Below the pieces are notes generated by a model. It had not been told where the DNA came from, did no database searches, and saw nothing but the letters and a program-made list of their open reading frames with translations. Positions 1-9,853 of a stretch of 32,000 nucleotides of DNA are shown in pieces; positions within the stretch are counted from its first letter, which is position 1; each line of letters begins with the position of its first letter. Source of the stretch: Pyrodictium delaneyi (GTDB taxonomy: Archaea; Thermoproteota; Thermoprotei_A; Sulfolobales; Pyrodictiaceae); NCBI RefSeq assembly GCF_001412615.1, contig NZ_CP013011.1, forward strand, positions 1,260,001 through 1,292,000. The letters run 5' to 3'. A program made the position numbers and the translations under genes.

Positions 1-1277
1 GCGAAGAAGCCTACAGCCATCGCGGCAACGCCGAATATCATGACTAGTCTGCCTAGGTCCCGGTTGCCCATCTTCTTGTAGAAGAGGTAGTAGCCTGCTA
101 GCAACAGCGCTAAGCCATGCCCTAGGTCAGGGAACATGAAGCCGTAGACGATGGGCAGTGTTACAGCTAGCAATGCTAGTGGTACGAACTCGCGGGGCCG
201 TGGATGGCCAGCCATCTCTAAGAGGCTGGCAAAGGGTGTTAGCTTGGAGGGTATCGTGAAGTAGCTGGGTGGAAGCTCCTCCTCTCCGTGGCCGTGATGC
301 CCCTCCATGGATGGTGTGGCCATTACGCCTACGTAGCCTGCGCCTAGTGATTCGAGGGTCCTCCTAAGTACTGGCTCCTTCTCGGGAGCCACGTAGCCGC
401 TGACTACTGCTACTAGCTGTGTAAGCTTCGTTGCTTCTAGTAGGCTGAGAAGGCTCTTCGCAGCATCGATAACAGCTAGTGCTTCACGCAGCTTCGGCAG
501 ATGCCTCTTCAACACTACTGGTAGCTCGTCGAGCTCCTTCCGCACCTTCTTTAGCGCCTCGGAAGGTATTCGCGGCATATCCTCTGGTATCTCTAGGGGC
601 GTGGCACGGTTGCGTAGGGCGGTTTTGCCGACTTCTGCCTCCAGCCATGCAGGATAAGCTACCACCACTGTGTCCATGTTGGTCTCTATGCCGGAGACGT
701 GTAGGCCTGCTATGGCGCCTACCGTTTCTAGGTCTCTTAGGAATGCTTGTGTACGGTCAGTCGGTACACGGTAGACCTTAGCCCGGATATAGCTACCCCT
801 CTTGAGCGCCTCTATGTCTACGTCTATGAAGCTATAGGTCTCTAGTACAGCTAGGAGTGTTGCAAGCTCGGACTCCGGGCTCTTAAGCTGGGCTAGCCTC
901 TCTACGAGCTTCTCTATGTCTTGTATCGCGGTAGTAAGCTGCTCTATTACCCTTGATAGCCCCATGTCTGTTGTCTTGCTGAGGCGTAGAACCTGCTCGG
1001 AGACGGCCTGCTCCTCTCCTAGCCCAGTTGACTCCGCCACCTTGAGCATTTCGCGTAGCCGCTGCTCGAGCGTGTCTAGCTCGTTCTTGATGTGCCTAAT
1101 CCTGGCAGAAAACTCGCTGCCAGCAGCATGCTGCTCGGGCTCAGGGTGGAAGCAGTTACACTCAGCGAGAGCCTTTAGGGCGTAGGCGAGCCGGTCTCTC
1201 GGTATAATTATGTATGTCTGGCTTGTTGACTGAGCTATTAGGGTAGCTGTGGCTGCCACAGCCAAGACACCTATCAC
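1..1277 (-). CDS. atpI: A-type ATP synthase subunit I (membrane stator/a-subunit homologue). Only the N-terminal part lies in the window; the C-terminus runs off the left edge.
   Basis: Absent from the ORF track because it has no stop inside the window. My hand translation of the minus strand from GTG at 1277 stays open to position 1. It reads VIGVLAVAATATLIAQSTSQTYIIIPRDRLAYALKALAECNCFHPE, then a long charged helical region, then PLALLAVTLPIVYGFMFPDLGHGLALLLAGYYLF. A soluble N-domain followed by the GFMFxDxGHG membrane motif is typical of subunit I/a. The start is uncertain (GTG at 1277 or GTG at 1259). Confidence 0.8.
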   Translation of the reverse strand, partial: MIGVLAVAATATLIAQSTSQTYIIIPRDRLAYALKALAECNCFHPEPEQHAAGSEFSARIRHIKNELDTLEQRLREMLKVAESTGLGEEQAVSEQVLRLSKTTDMGLSRVIEQLTTAIQDIEKLVERLAQLKSPESELATLLAVLETYSFIDVDIEALKRGSYIRAKVYRVPTDRTQAFLRDLETVGAIAGLHVSGIETNMDTVVVAYPAWLEAEVGKTALRNRATPLEIPEDMPRIPSEALKKVRKELDELPVVLKRHLPKLREALAVIDAAKSLLSLLEATKLTQLVAVVSGYVAPEKEPVLRRTLESLGAGYVGVMATPSMEGHHGHGEEELPPSYFTIPSKLTPFASLLEMAGHPRPREFVPLALLAVTLPIVYGFMFPDLGHGLALLLAGYYLFYKKMGNRDLGRLVMIFGVAAMAVGFF

Positions 1278-1324
1278 CGCTGCCGCTGTATACCTTCCCC
1301 TCTAGCGCGGGGTTTAGCACTACA

Positions 1325-1336
1325 ATATTTAAATAT
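1325..1336. promoter_or_regulatory. Perfectly palindromic AT box (atatttaaatat), a candidate shared TATA element for divergent atpI and atpF-E-A-B-D
   Basis: This is the only strongly AT-rich element in the 96-nt divergent spacer 1278-1373. It lies about 40 nt from the atpF TTG start and about 50 nt from the atpI GTG start. Confidence 0.4.
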
Positions 1337-1373
1337 CATAGCTCTCTGCGGGTTGGCTTAGGAGAGCCTAGTC

Positions 1374-1682
1374 TTGGCGGCGAAGCATGTTGTCGTAATA
1401 GCTGATCCTTATACTGTCTATGCATTTCGCCTGCTAGGCGCGGAGGGCTATGCGGTAAGCTCTCCAGAAGAGGTAGCCAAGGTAATTGAGGAACTCGTTC
1501 CGCGCGAGGATATAGGTCTTGTTCTACTCTCTGCGGAGTATTACGATGAGGCACGTGAAGCTATAGAGAAGTTCCGGCGGGTGCATGGTGATGTCGTGGT
1601 CGCCCGGCTCCCTACGGTCCGTGAGCCCGGCAAGCCCATGGACGTACAAAAGGAGCTGCTAAAAGCCCTGGGCATGGGGTGA
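1374..1682 (+). CDS. atpF: A-type ATP synthase subunit F
   Basis: 102 aa. The N-terminus KHVVVIADPYTVYAFRLLGAEGY fits the subunit F pattern, and the gene sits directly upstream of E-A-B-D. TTG start. Confidence 0.8.
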   Translation: MAAKHVVVIADPYTVYAFRLLGAEGYAVSSPEEVAKVIEELVPREDIGLVLLSAEYYDEAREAIEKFRRVHGDVVVARLPTVREPGKPMDVQKELLKALGMG

Positions 1683-1689
1683 CACAAGG

Positions 1690-2322
1690 GTGGCAGGGCC
1701 CACAACCATAAGGCTGCTTGGTGATCCGGAGAAGCTTGCTGATGAGATCACTAGGAAAGTTAGAGAAGATATAGAGGTTAAGGTGAATAGTGCGCTAGAG
1801 GCGGCAAAGAAGATAGTGGAGAGATCCTATGAGGAGAACCTTGCCAAGCTCGAGGACGAGCTAAAGAAGAGTGTGAGGAACGCCAGGGAGCAGCTCGAAT
1901 CTTATTCTGCTAAGCAGGAGGTAGAGCTTAGGAAGAGGCTTGCAAGGATACGTGCAGAAGCTGTCGAGGAGATTCTGGGGCAGGCGCTCCAGCAGCTCCG
2001 CAGCAGGGTAGGGGAGGATGACTACGTAGAGTTCCTCGCAAAGAGGCTCGAAGAAGCCGTTAGTAGGGCATCCCAGCAGTCGAGTGAGCTAATAGTGGTG
2101 CCTGCTGAGAGTGACGTAGGCGCTGTACGCAAGGCCCTAAAGAAGGTGAAGACTCCTAGCGGTGTCAAGGTAGAACTAGCAGACAGCACTGTTGAGGGTA
2201 TTGGTGGCTTCGTTCTCCGTACGCGTGACGGCCTTTCCCTAGACTATAGGCTCGAGGTTATTCTTGCCTCTGCTATCGAGGAGGCTAGATCCAAGATAAT
2301 TGAACTCCTTTTTAGAACATAA
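1690..2322 (+). CDS. atpE: A-type ATP synthase subunit E (peripheral stalk)
   Basis: 210 aa. It has a long Lys/Glu/Arg-rich helical N-terminal half and a globular C-terminal half (GGFVLRTRDGLSLDYRLEVIL). It sits between F and A. Confidence 0.75.
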   Translation: MAGPTTIRLLGDPEKLADEITRKVREDIEVKVNSALEAAKKIVERSYEENLAKLEDELKKSVRNAREQLESYSAKQEVELRKRLARIRAEAVEEILGQALQQLRSRVGEDDYVEFLAKRLEEAVSRASQQSSELIVVPAESDVGAVRKALKKVKTPSGVKVELADSTVEGIGGFVLRTRDGLSLDYRLEVILASAIEEARSKIIELLFRT

Positions 2323-2373
2323 TGATCCATGGTGTATGATAGGAGGAACCTTGAGGTAAGGGAGGCGATCTAC

Positions 2374-4185
2374 ATGCCTGTGAAGGGCAGGATCATACGG
2401 GTTGCTGGCCCACTCGTAGTAGCCGAGGGTATGCAGGGCGTACAGATGTACGAAATGGTCGAGGTCGGCGAGGAGAGGCTAGTAGGCGAGGTAAACAGGA
2501 TTGTAGGCGACAAGGCCTACATCCAGGTCTACGAGACGACGACCGGACTGAAGCCTGGCGAGCCCGTCTACGGCACAGGTTCGCCTCTGAGTGTCGAGCT
2601 AGGCCCAGGCATTATAGGCAAGATATATGATGGTATCCAGAGGCCGCTCGACGCCATAAGGGACAAGACCCAGAGCATATTCATACGTAGAGGTGTAAAG
2701 GTCCCGGCGCTCGATAGGAGCAAAAAGTGGCACTTCAAGCCCTCTGGTCTCCGCGTGGGAGACAAGGTCTCCGGCGGCGATGTGCTAGGCGAGGTACCGG
2801 AAACGCCACTGGTTACTCACAGAGTTCTCGTGCCTCCGGACGTGCACGGTGTGCTGCGCTGGATAGCACCAGAGGGCGAGTACACCATAGAGGAGCCTAT
2901 AGCCGAAGTCGAGACGGCTGACGGCAAGAAGATAGAGATAAAGATGTACCACAAGTGGCCTGTCCGTAAGCCTAGGCCCATACTGGAGAAGTTCGAGCCT
3001 GTAGAGCCTCTCATCACCGGTCTACGTGTAATAGACACTATGTTCCCCATGGCGAAGGGTGGTACAGGCGCTATACCAGGACCCTTCGGCAGCGGTAAGA
3101 CGGTCACCCTACAGAGCCTCGCTAAGTGGAGCTCCGCTAAGATCGTCATCTACATTGGCTGTGGTGAGCGAGGCAACGAGATGACCGAGGTACTAGAGTC
3201 GTTCCCCAAGCTCAAGGACCCGTGGACCGGAAGGCCCATGATGGAGCGTACAGTGCTCATAGCTAACACTAGCAACATGCCCGTAGCAGCCCGTGAGGCA
3301 AGCATATACACCGGCATAACCATAGCCGAGTACTACCGCGACATGGGCTACGACACTCTACTCGTGGCAGACTCTACGAGCCGCTGGGCCGAGGCTCTAC
3401 GTGAGATAGCTGGCCGTCTAGAGGAGATGCCCGCTGAGGAGGGCTACCCGAGCTACCTAGCCTCGAGGCTAGCCGAGTTCTACAGCCGTGCAGGCCGTGT
3501 ACGTGTACCAGGTAAGCCTGAGCGTATCGGCAGCGTAACAGTGGTAGGCGCCGTATCCCCGCCGGGCGGCGACTTCACAGAGCCAGTCACAGCCAACACT
3601 AAGCGCTTCATACGAGTATTCTGGGCCCTTGACGCTAAGCTAGCCTACAGCAGGCACTACCCGGCAATCAACTGGCTGCTAAGCTACTCCGCCTACGTAG
3701 ACACGGTAGCTAAGTGGTGGCACGAGAACGTAAGCCCCAAGTGGCGCGAGTACAGAGACCTAGCCTATGAGCTACTACTCCGTGAGGACGAGCTAAGAGA
3801 CATCGTGAGGCTAGTCGGTACTGAGGGCCTCAGCGAGAAGGACAAGCTCATCCTAGAAGTAGCCCGTATAATAAGGGAGGGCTTCCTCCAGCAGAACGCC
3901 TTCGACAAGATAGACGCGTTTGCTACTCCGCAGAAGCAGTGGAAGCAGCTAGAGACAATAATAGAGTTCTACCACGCCGCGCTAGACGCGATACAGCACG
4001 GCGTCACCGTGAAGGAGATACGCGAGAAGCTTGCAGACAAGATACGCGCATTCATCATGGCGAGGTATAACGTGCCTAACGACAAGATAGAGGAGATCGA
4101 TAAGATAAAGCAAGAGCTACTCAAGGGTATCGAGGAGCTAGTAAAGAAGCACGGAGGAGCCGCAGCACTCGCTCAAACAGCCTAG
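2374..4185 (+). CDS. atpA: A-type ATP synthase catalytic subunit A
   Basis: Walker A GPFGSGKT, plus the motifs [12 protein letters not shown] and [10 protein letters not shown]. The track ORF starts at 2329, but ATG 2374 ([19 protein letters not shown]) matches the usual N-terminus and is preceded by gggagg. Confidence 0.95.
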   Translation: MPVKGRIIRVAGPLVVAEGMQGVQMYEMVEVGEERLVGEVNRIVGDKAYIQVYETTTGLKPGEPVYGTGSPLSVELGPGIIGKIYDGIQRPLDAIRDKTQSIFIRRGVKVPALDRSKKWHFKPSGLRVGDKVSGGDVLGEVPETPLVTHRVLVPPDVHGVLRWIAPEGEYTIEEPIAEVETADGKKIEIKMYHKWPVRKPRPILEKFEPVEPLITGLRVIDTMFPMAKGGTGAIPGPFGSGKTVTLQSLAKWSSAKIVIYIGCGERGNEMTEVLESFPKLKDPWTGRPMMERTVLIANTSNMPVAAREASIYTGITIAEYYRDMGYDTLLVADSTSRWAEALREIAGRLEEMPAEEGYPSYLASRLAEFYSRAGRVRVPGKPERIGSVTVVGAVSPPGGDFTEPVTANTKRFIRVFWALDAKLAYSRHYPAINWLLSYSAYVDTVAKWWHENVSPKWREYRDLAYELLLREDELRDIVRLVGTEGLSEKDKLILEVARIIREGFLQQNAFDKIDAFATPQKQWKQLETIIEFYHAALDAIQHGVTVKEIREKLADKIRAFIMARYNVPNDKIEEIDKIKQELLKGIEELVKKHGGAAALAQTA

Positions 4186-4327
4186 CACTGACATGGCCAG
4201 ATACTTTGCCTTTTTACTCGAAAACGTGTACAATTCCGTGATGAACCCTTCGAAGCTTCAAGATACGCACGTACACCCGGGGCAAGCTGGTTGGCCGGGT
4301 AAAAGTGGGGCCGTGTGGTGATCGGGC

Positions 4328-5749
4328 TTGGCGGCATCCGAGTCCAAGGTCATACGTGAATACGAGAACATTCGTGAGATACGTGGTCCACTGGTAATAG
4401 TCGAGGGTATAAGTGATGCAGCTTACGACGAGATAGTAGAGGTCGAGCTCCCTAGCGGCGAGAGACGCCGCGGCCGTGTACTGGAGACGGCTAGGGGCTA
4501 TGCAGTAGTCCAGGTGTTCGAGGGTACAACAGGAGTAACAGCAGTGGGTACCAAGGTACGCTTCCTCGCTAGGACACTCGAGGTAAAGGTATCCGACGAG
4601 ATGCTCGGTAGAGTGTTTAACGGCCTAGGCGACCCAATAGACGGTGGTCCACCGATAACTAGCGGCGTATGGCGCGACATTAACGGCGATCCTCTAAACC
4701 CTGCTACACGTGCTTACCCCGAGGACTTTATCCAGACGGGTGTATCCGCTATAGACGGCATGAACACGATGGTGCGTGGCCAGAAGCTGCCAATCTTTAG
4801 CGGCGCTGGCCTGCCGCACAACAAGCTAGCCGTGCAGATAGCTAGGCAGGCTACCGTGCGCAGCGGCGAGGAGTTCGCAGTAGTCTTCGCAGCGATAGGC
4901 GTGATGCACGACGACGCACTCTTCTTCAAGAAGTTCTTCGAGGAGACCGGCGCAATCAAGAGAGCAGCACTCTTCATAAACCTAGCCGACGAGCCGGCAT
5001 CCGTCCGTCTAATCACGCCACGTATAGCCCTAACCCTAGCCGAGCACCTAGCCTTCGACCTAGGCATGCACGTACTAGTCATACTAACAGACATGACCAA
5101 CTACGCTGAGGCTCTCCGCGAGATAAGCGCTGCACGCGAAGAGGTACCCGGCAGGCAGGGCTACCCAGGCTACATGTACAGCGACCTCGCAAGCATATAC
5201 GAGCGTGCCGGCCGCGCACACGGCCGCAAGGGTAGTATTACTCAGATGCCTATACTCACGATGCCTAACGATGATATTACTCACCCGATTCCCGACCTTA
5301 CAGGCTATATTACTGAGGGCCAGATTGTGCTTAGCCGTGAGCTCTATAACCGTGGTATCTACCCGCCGATAAACGTGCTAATGAGCCTATCGAGGCTGAT
5401 GAAGGAGGGTATCGGCCCCGGAAAAACCAGAGAAGACCACGCCAACGTCTCGGACCAGCTATACGCGGCCTACAGCCGTGCGGTAGAGCTAAGAAGCCTT
5501 GCAGCCATCGTCGGCGAGGAGAGCCTAAGCGAGGTAGACCGCAAGTACCTGCGGTTTGCTGAGGCTTTCGAGCAGCGCTTCCTCAAGCAGGACTTCTACG
5601 AGAACCGCAGCATAGAGGAGACCCTCGACATCGCCTGGGAAGTACTATCAATACTACCAGAAAGCGAGCTATACAGGATCAAGGACGAGTTCATACGCAA
5701 ATACCACCCCAAGTACCGCAAGAAGGCAGCCAGCGAGACCAGCTCCTAG
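4328..5749 (+). CDS. atpB: A-type ATP synthase subunit B
   Basis: Typical B-subunit blocks: [78 protein letters not shown] is the first start after an in-frame stop. Confidence 0.95.
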   Translation: MAASESKVIREYENIREIRGPLVIVEGISDAAYDEIVEVELPSGERRRGRVLETARGYAVVQVFEGTTGVTAVGTKVRFLARTLEVKVSDEMLGRVFNGLGDPIDGGPPITSGVWRDINGDPLNPATRAYPEDFIQTGVSAIDGMNTMVRGQKLPIFSGAGLPHNKLAVQIARQATVRSGEEFAVVFAAIGVMHDDALFFKKFFEETGAIKRAALFINLADEPASVRLITPRIALTLAEHLAFDLGMHVLVILTDMTNYAEALREISAAREEVPGRQGYPGYMYSDLASIYERAGRAHGRKGSITQMPILTMPNDDITHPIPDLTGYITEGQIVLSRELYNRGIYPPINVLMSLSRLMKEGIGPGKTREDHANVSDQLYAAYSRAVELRSLAAIVGEESLSEVDRKYLRFAEAFEQRFLKQDFYENRSIEETLDIAWEVLSILPESELYRIKDEFIRKYHPKYRKKAASETSS

Positions 5750-5828
5750 CACCCTTTACACAATCCAGTACAACGTGTCTAGCAGAATGTTTTGAGGCAC
5801 ATATCGCAGCTCGTACCCCAGTATAGAG

Positions 5829-6506
5829 GTGAATACTGCATTGGTGTCAACGTTCGGCGGCGGTTCAAAAGTGCTGCCTACTAAGATCAACCTTATCCGC
5901 CTACGACGTGAACTACGTAACATGAAGAGAATCAGGAAGGTTATCGAGGAGAAAAGAGACGTCCTTATCCTCTACATACGGCAGCTAGGCAAGGAGTATC
6001 AGGAAGCCTATAACGAGGTTGCTGAGACCCTAGCCGAGGCCTACCGTAACTTCTTCGTGGCCCTAATGTCTAGTGGCGGTCTTGAACAGGCGAAGCCAAT
6101 ACTAGAGGCTATGCCCTCGAGCCTCCAGGTAGACGTTACTACGCGCATCCTATTTGCGGTGAAGACGCCGGCATACAAGCTCCGCGAGGACACTATCCCA
6201 CCCATGCCGGTATCAGCGGCGAGGTTGTCTCCTACACTACTACAGGCTCGTGAAAAGCTCATAGAGGCTCTAAGGAGCTTACTACGCGTCGTTGAGGCCG
6301 AGGCTGCGCTAGTAAGGCTCCTAGAAGAGCTAAAGGATACACAGAGACTGCTGAACGCTCTCGACTATAACATAATACCAACGTATGAGAACAACATCAA
6401 GTACATAAGGCTGGTGCTCGACGACCGTATGAGAGAGGAGGTAATAAGGCTCAAGACGCTCAAGAGGAGGCTAGCCAAGCTCCGCGGCGGCGAGGGCCTC
6501 GCCTAA
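5829..6506 (+). CDS. atpD: A-type ATP synthase subunit D (central stalk)
   Basis: The N-terminal block VLPTKINLIRLRRELRNMKRIRKVIEEKRDVL and the C-terminal block IPTYENNIKYIRLVLDDRMREEVIRLK fit the subunit D pattern. The gene directly follows atpB. Confidence 0.85.
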   Translation: MNTALVSTFGGGSKVLPTKINLIRLRRELRNMKRIRKVIEEKRDVLILYIRQLGKEYQEAYNEVAETLAEAYRNFFVALMSSGGLEQAKPILEAMPSSLQVDVTTRILFAVKTPAYKLREDTIPPMPVSAARLSPTLLQAREKLIEALRSLLRVVEAEAALVRLLEELKDTQRLLNALDYNIIPTYENNIKYIRLVLDDRMREEVIRLKTLKRRLAKLRGGEGLA

Positions 6507-7360
6507 ACCTTTTCCACACCGAGCCCCTTCTTCTCAGCAAACATCTTGATGATGCTGCGTATCCTGGATGGTATCTTTGAGTAGAGTATCGTATCCACAG
6601 GGTCCATACTCTTCTCTACGGCTTGTTTTAGTAGCTCCTCGTTTAGGTTCTCTAAGACGTGTTTGGAGAATATATGTGTGTAACATACACCTTTTTCTAG
6701 TATAGCCTTTGTGTGCTTTGCCGGGTAATGTGTGTCGCCTACGCCTATAGCCACCTTGCTGCAGGGCTCGTTTAGCCAGCCACGCAGCAGTACATTGTAA
6801 ACAGTTTCTGCCATTGCCATGTGCGTGTCTCGGCGTCTCCACTCGTTCTCGCTACTACCAATCTCTATGAACACTATTGGCCTGGCTAGGCTGGTTGGGC
6901 CGTGATGAGTCGCCTCGAGGCTTAGGCTAAACTCGCCGAGCAACCCCGTCTTCTCCGCTACACGCTTGTACTCACGCAGCAGCGAGGCCATGAGCCTGGG
7001 CCAAGTGTAGGATAACTCGTAGGGCCGGCCCCCGTAGGGTGCTTCCGGGCCAGGGTTACCCGTATAGTGGACTGTGAGCGTCGGTTTGCCGCCGCTATGT
7101 CGGCTCAACACTATGTATGCTGCGGTTTTGCTGGGCGCTATCTCGTCAAGGAAATCCATATGTATAGAGTCGTCCCTGAACCCGGCGAGATAGACGCTTA
7201 GCCCCGGCTCGTAGAGGCACGAGACAGCTCTGTCAAGGCTACACTTCTCCCAGTCTGAGAGCCTGGCAAGAGCCTCTGCAGCACCGCTCCCAGCAGGGTC
7301 GGATACCGAGTATACAACCAGGATACGTCTATCTCTATTCTCCATGGACACTAGCGGCAC
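6503..7360 (-). CDS. dtdA: Archaeal D-aminoacyl-tRNA deacylase (DTD2 family)
   Basis: The motifs VVYSVSDPAGSGAAEAL, TVHYTGNPG and SLEATHHGPT match my memory of the archaeal DTD2 (tRNA_deacylase) family. Its stop overlaps the atpD stop. Confidence 0.7.
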   Translation of the reverse strand: MPLVSMENRDRRILVVYSVSDPAGSGAAEALARLSDWEKCSLDRAVSCLYEPGLSVYLAGFRDDSIHMDFLDEIAPSKTAAYIVLSRHSGGKPTLTVHYTGNPGPEAPYGGRPYELSYTWPRLMASLLREYKRVAEKTGLLGEFSLSLEATHHGPTSLARPIVFIEIGSSENEWRRRDTHMAMAETVYNVLLRGWLNEPCSKVAIGVGDTHYPAKHTKAILEKGVCYTHIFSKHVLENLNEELLKQAVEKSMDPVDTILYSKIPSRIRSIIKMFAEKKGLGVEKV

Positions 7361-7462
7361 CCCTCGGGGTGCGGCATTTTCCTGACATAGCTATAATACT
7401 TGGCTGATGGGCACTGATGCTGGTAACCTTTTTTATCTTCGCGTCACGTACACGCTCAACCG

Positions 7463-7780
7463 GTGCAAACAATGAGGATTTGGCCCAGCCTACTAGTGGC
7501 TCTTACGGCAATAATTCTGTTAGCCCTAGTCCCAGTAGCCCATGCAGAAGAAGCTGGTGCAGCTAGCATGGCGACAAATAAGGCAATAGCTGCAGCTGTC
7601 GCTATGGGTGTTAGCGCTCTCGGTGCCGGTTACGCGCTCGCAAAGGCTGGTGCTGCTGCCAGCGCTGCTGCTGCTGAGAGGCCCGAGGTTGCAGGTAGGC
7701 TGCTAATCTACCTAGTACTTGGCGAGGGTATCGCCATATATGGCCTACTAGTAGCCATACTCATAATATTCGCTGCATAA
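7463..7780 (+). CDS. atpK: A-type ATP synthase proteolipid (c/K subunit) with an N-terminal signal-like hydrophobic extension
   Basis: It has a two-helix Ala/Gly-rich hairpin (AIAAAVAMGVSALGAGYALAKAG ... LLIYLVLGEGIAIYGLLVAILIIF) with the conserved carboxylate in LGEGIAIYG. This is preceded by IWPSLLVALTAIILLALVPVAHA. Confidence 0.85.
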   Translation: MQTMRIWPSLLVALTAIILLALVPVAHAEEAGAASMATNKAIAAAVAMGVSALGAGYALAKAGAAASAAAAERPEVAGRLLIYLVLGEGIAIYGLLVAILIIFAA

Positions 7781-7834
7781 CACCCGGTAGACTTGCAGCC
7801 CGGATCACTATAAGCCGTTAGAAGCAGAGGATCA

Positions 7835-7840
7835 TTTTTT
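7835..7840 (+). terminator. T6 tract about 55 nt downstream of the atpK stop, a candidate archaeal oligo-T terminator
   Basis: The sequence is gatcattttttaac. Archaeal RNA polymerase terminates at oligo-T tracts. Confidence 0.35.
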
Positions 7841-8023
7841 AACAGTAGCTGGTCGGCTGGCTCCTCTGACACCACAGCTTCATAGGTGAGAGCCCGTTCT
7901 CTACACCTGCTAGCACTGTATGCCGTTGAGCGTGTTGTAGTGGAGGACTTTCTCCCCTTTAGAGCCGAGGTATAGCTACATAAAGCTAGGGTTCCAAAGC
8001 TAAGGGCTTCCGGGGTAGAAGTC

Positions 8024-9475
8024 TTGCCGGCCGAGAGAAAACGCTGGAGCCAGGAGTTCTCACGCTGGTTCGACTGGGTGCTAGAGGAGGCAGAGATCTA
8101 CGACTACGGCCGCTACCCCGTCAAGGGTATGGGCATCTGGATGCCCTACGGCTACCAGATTCGGCGCCGTGTCGTCGAACTCATCCGTGACGTCCTTGAC
8201 GAGAAGGGGCACGAGGAAGTCCTCTTCCCCCTGCTTATACCCGAGACTCTGCTCCGCAAGGAGAGCGAGCATATTCGCGGCTTCGAGGGCGAGGTCTATT
8301 GGGTGACGCATGGCGGTACAGAGCCTCTTGACATTAAGCTAGCTCTGCGCCCAACGAGCGAAACGAGTATAACCTACATGGAGAGCTTCTGGATAAAGAG
8401 CTACAAGCAGCTCCCCCGGAAGTTCTACCAGATAGTCAGCATATTCCGCTACGAGACCAAGGCTACCCGGCCGCTGATAAGGCTCCGCGAAGTAACCACG
8501 TTCAAGGAAGCCCACACAGTCCATGTAGACTTCGAGGATGCCGACCGCCAGGTAGCCGAGGCAATAGAGCTCTACAAGCGTATATTCGACGAGCTAGGCA
8601 TACCCTACGTGATAAGCAGGAGACCCGAGTGGGACAAATTCGCCGGCGCAATCTACACAGTGGCATTCGACACCGTTATGCCCGATGGGCGTACGCTCCA
8701 GATAGGCACAGCACACCACCTAGGCCAGAACTTCACCATACCCTTCGAGGTCCGGATACAGCTCCCCGATGAGAGCCTCGACTACGCCTGGCAAACAAGC
8801 TACGGGCTAAGTGACCGTGTAGTAGCCACAGTGATAGCCATACACGGTGACGACCGCGGCGCAGTACTACCGCCCATAGTAGCGCCCATCCAGGTAGTGG
8901 TAGTCCCTATACCTGCCCGGGACGAGGAGCAACGAAAACGACTCCAAGACTACATAGGCGAAGTAGAGGAGAAGCTACGCCGGCTAGGTGTGCGCTACCG
9001 GATCGACGACCGGGAGGACGTGAGGCCCGGCAGAAAGTTCTACGAGTGGGAGGCCCGCGGCGTACCAGTAAGAATAGAGGTTGGGCCACGCGAGGCCGAG
9101 ACACGCACCCTGGTGCTAGCCAGGCGCGACACCCTCGAGAAGACCACTATAAGCATAGACGAGCTAGAGAAGAAGCTACCCGAACTCCTTGAGGACATAG
9201 CCCGGAGCCTCCGCGAGCGCGCGTGGAACTGGCTTCAGAGCAAAGTAAAGCGTGTCGAGACCGTCGAGGAGGCTCGCTGCGTCATAGAGGAGGAGAGGGG
9301 CATAGTAGAGCTGCCGTGGTGTGGCCGCGAGGAATGCGGCCTCCGGCTAGAAGAGAGCATAGACGCAGGCGTCCTTGGCTCGCCGCTCGAGAGGCCCGAG
9401 TGGGTCAGGGGCAAACAGTGCCCCGTATGCGGCCAGCCTGCTGTGACGAGTATAAGGCTCGCGAAGAAATACTAG
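8024..9475 (+). CDS. proS: Prolyl-tRNA synthetase, archaeal/eukaryotic type
   Basis: Motifs: [65 protein letters not shown] and [10 protein letters not shown]. The C-terminal zinc-binding domain has CGREECG ... CPVCG and ends in Y. Confidence 0.95.
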   Translation: MPAERKRWSQEFSRWFDWVLEEAEIYDYGRYPVKGMGIWMPYGYQIRRRVVELIRDVLDEKGHEEVLFPLLIPETLLRKESEHIRGFEGEVYWVTHGGTEPLDIKLALRPTSETSITYMESFWIKSYKQLPRKFYQIVSIFRYETKATRPLIRLREVTTFKEAHTVHVDFEDADRQVAEAIELYKRIFDELGIPYVISRRPEWDKFAGAIYTVAFDTVMPDGRTLQIGTAHHLGQNFTIPFEVRIQLPDESLDYAWQTSYGLSDRVVATVIAIHGDDRGAVLPPIVAPIQVVVVPIPARDEEQRKRLQDYIGEVEEKLRRLGVRYRIDDREDVRPGRKFYEWEARGVPVRIEVGPREAETRTLVLARRDTLEKTTISIDELEKKLPELLEDIARSLRERAWNWLQSKVKRVETVEEARCVIEEERGIVELPWCGREECGLRLEESIDAGVLGSPLERPEWVRGKQCPVCGQPAVTSIRLAKKY

Positions 9476-9617
9476 CACCACCACCCGTCTCCAGGTAGAG
9501 GCGGAGAGCCTTTTCCAACACCTTGCCTAGGTCTCCGTGCCCCTCTCTCCGCGCAGCCTTCTCCAGAGCCTCCGCCTCCTCGTCGCTCAGCGCAACCGCT
9601 ACCAGGACCTTTGCCAC
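9405..9617 (-). CDS. Small ribbon-helix-helix (CopG/antitoxin-like) DNA-binding protein
   Basis: GTG start. [40 protein letters not shown] has the strand-helix-helix pattern of RHH proteins. The last ~23 codons are antisense to the proS 3' end. Confidence 0.5.
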   Translation of the reverse strand: MAKVLVAVALSDEEAEALEKAARREGHGDLGKVLEKALRLYLETGGGASISSRALYSSQQAGRIRGTVCP

Positions 9618-9793
9618 AGCTCCCCTCCCCGCACGTTCTAGAGGGTATGGTGCTACCTTTAGAAACTGGTAGCCTCACAGCCTGACAGGCAACTAGAAGA
9701 CTCTAGGCAAGGAGTCCGGTAACACCAGTGAGCGAGTCTAGGGCTAGCAGCTGTTGGCTATACAGCCACCAGTATTAGGTGCTTCAGCGGCCT

Positions 9794-9853
9794 GGCTCAG
9801 CCCATCGGCCCCTAGGCAGGGGCCTATGGCCGCTTTTAACCGTCATCACTAGC
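9794..9853 (-). ncRNA. Candidate C/D-box-like (k-turn) small RNA
   Basis: The minus strand reads ggcta-GTGATGA-(42 nt)-CTGA-gcc. That gives a perfect C box, a D box, a 3-bp terminal stem and a total length near archaeal C/D sRNAs. The interior holds a 7-bp hairpin (ggcccct/aggggcc) instead of clear D'/C' boxes. Confidence 0.25.

Noticed and set aside
479-1185. Plus-strand ORFs 479..781 and 916..1185
   Set aside because: They are Arg/Ser/Cys/Leu-rich with no recognisable motifs, and they lie entirely antisense to the much more convincing atpI reading frame.
2329-4185. Possible intein or insertion in atpA (618-aa ORF)
   Set aside because: The extra length is an N-terminal ORF extension upstream of the likely ATG at 2374. 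The catalytic motifs are contiguous and the size is normal.
4238-4244. GTGATGA C-box-like heptamer in the atpA-atpB spacer
   Set aside because: There is no CTGA D box within about 70 nt downstream and no terminal stem.
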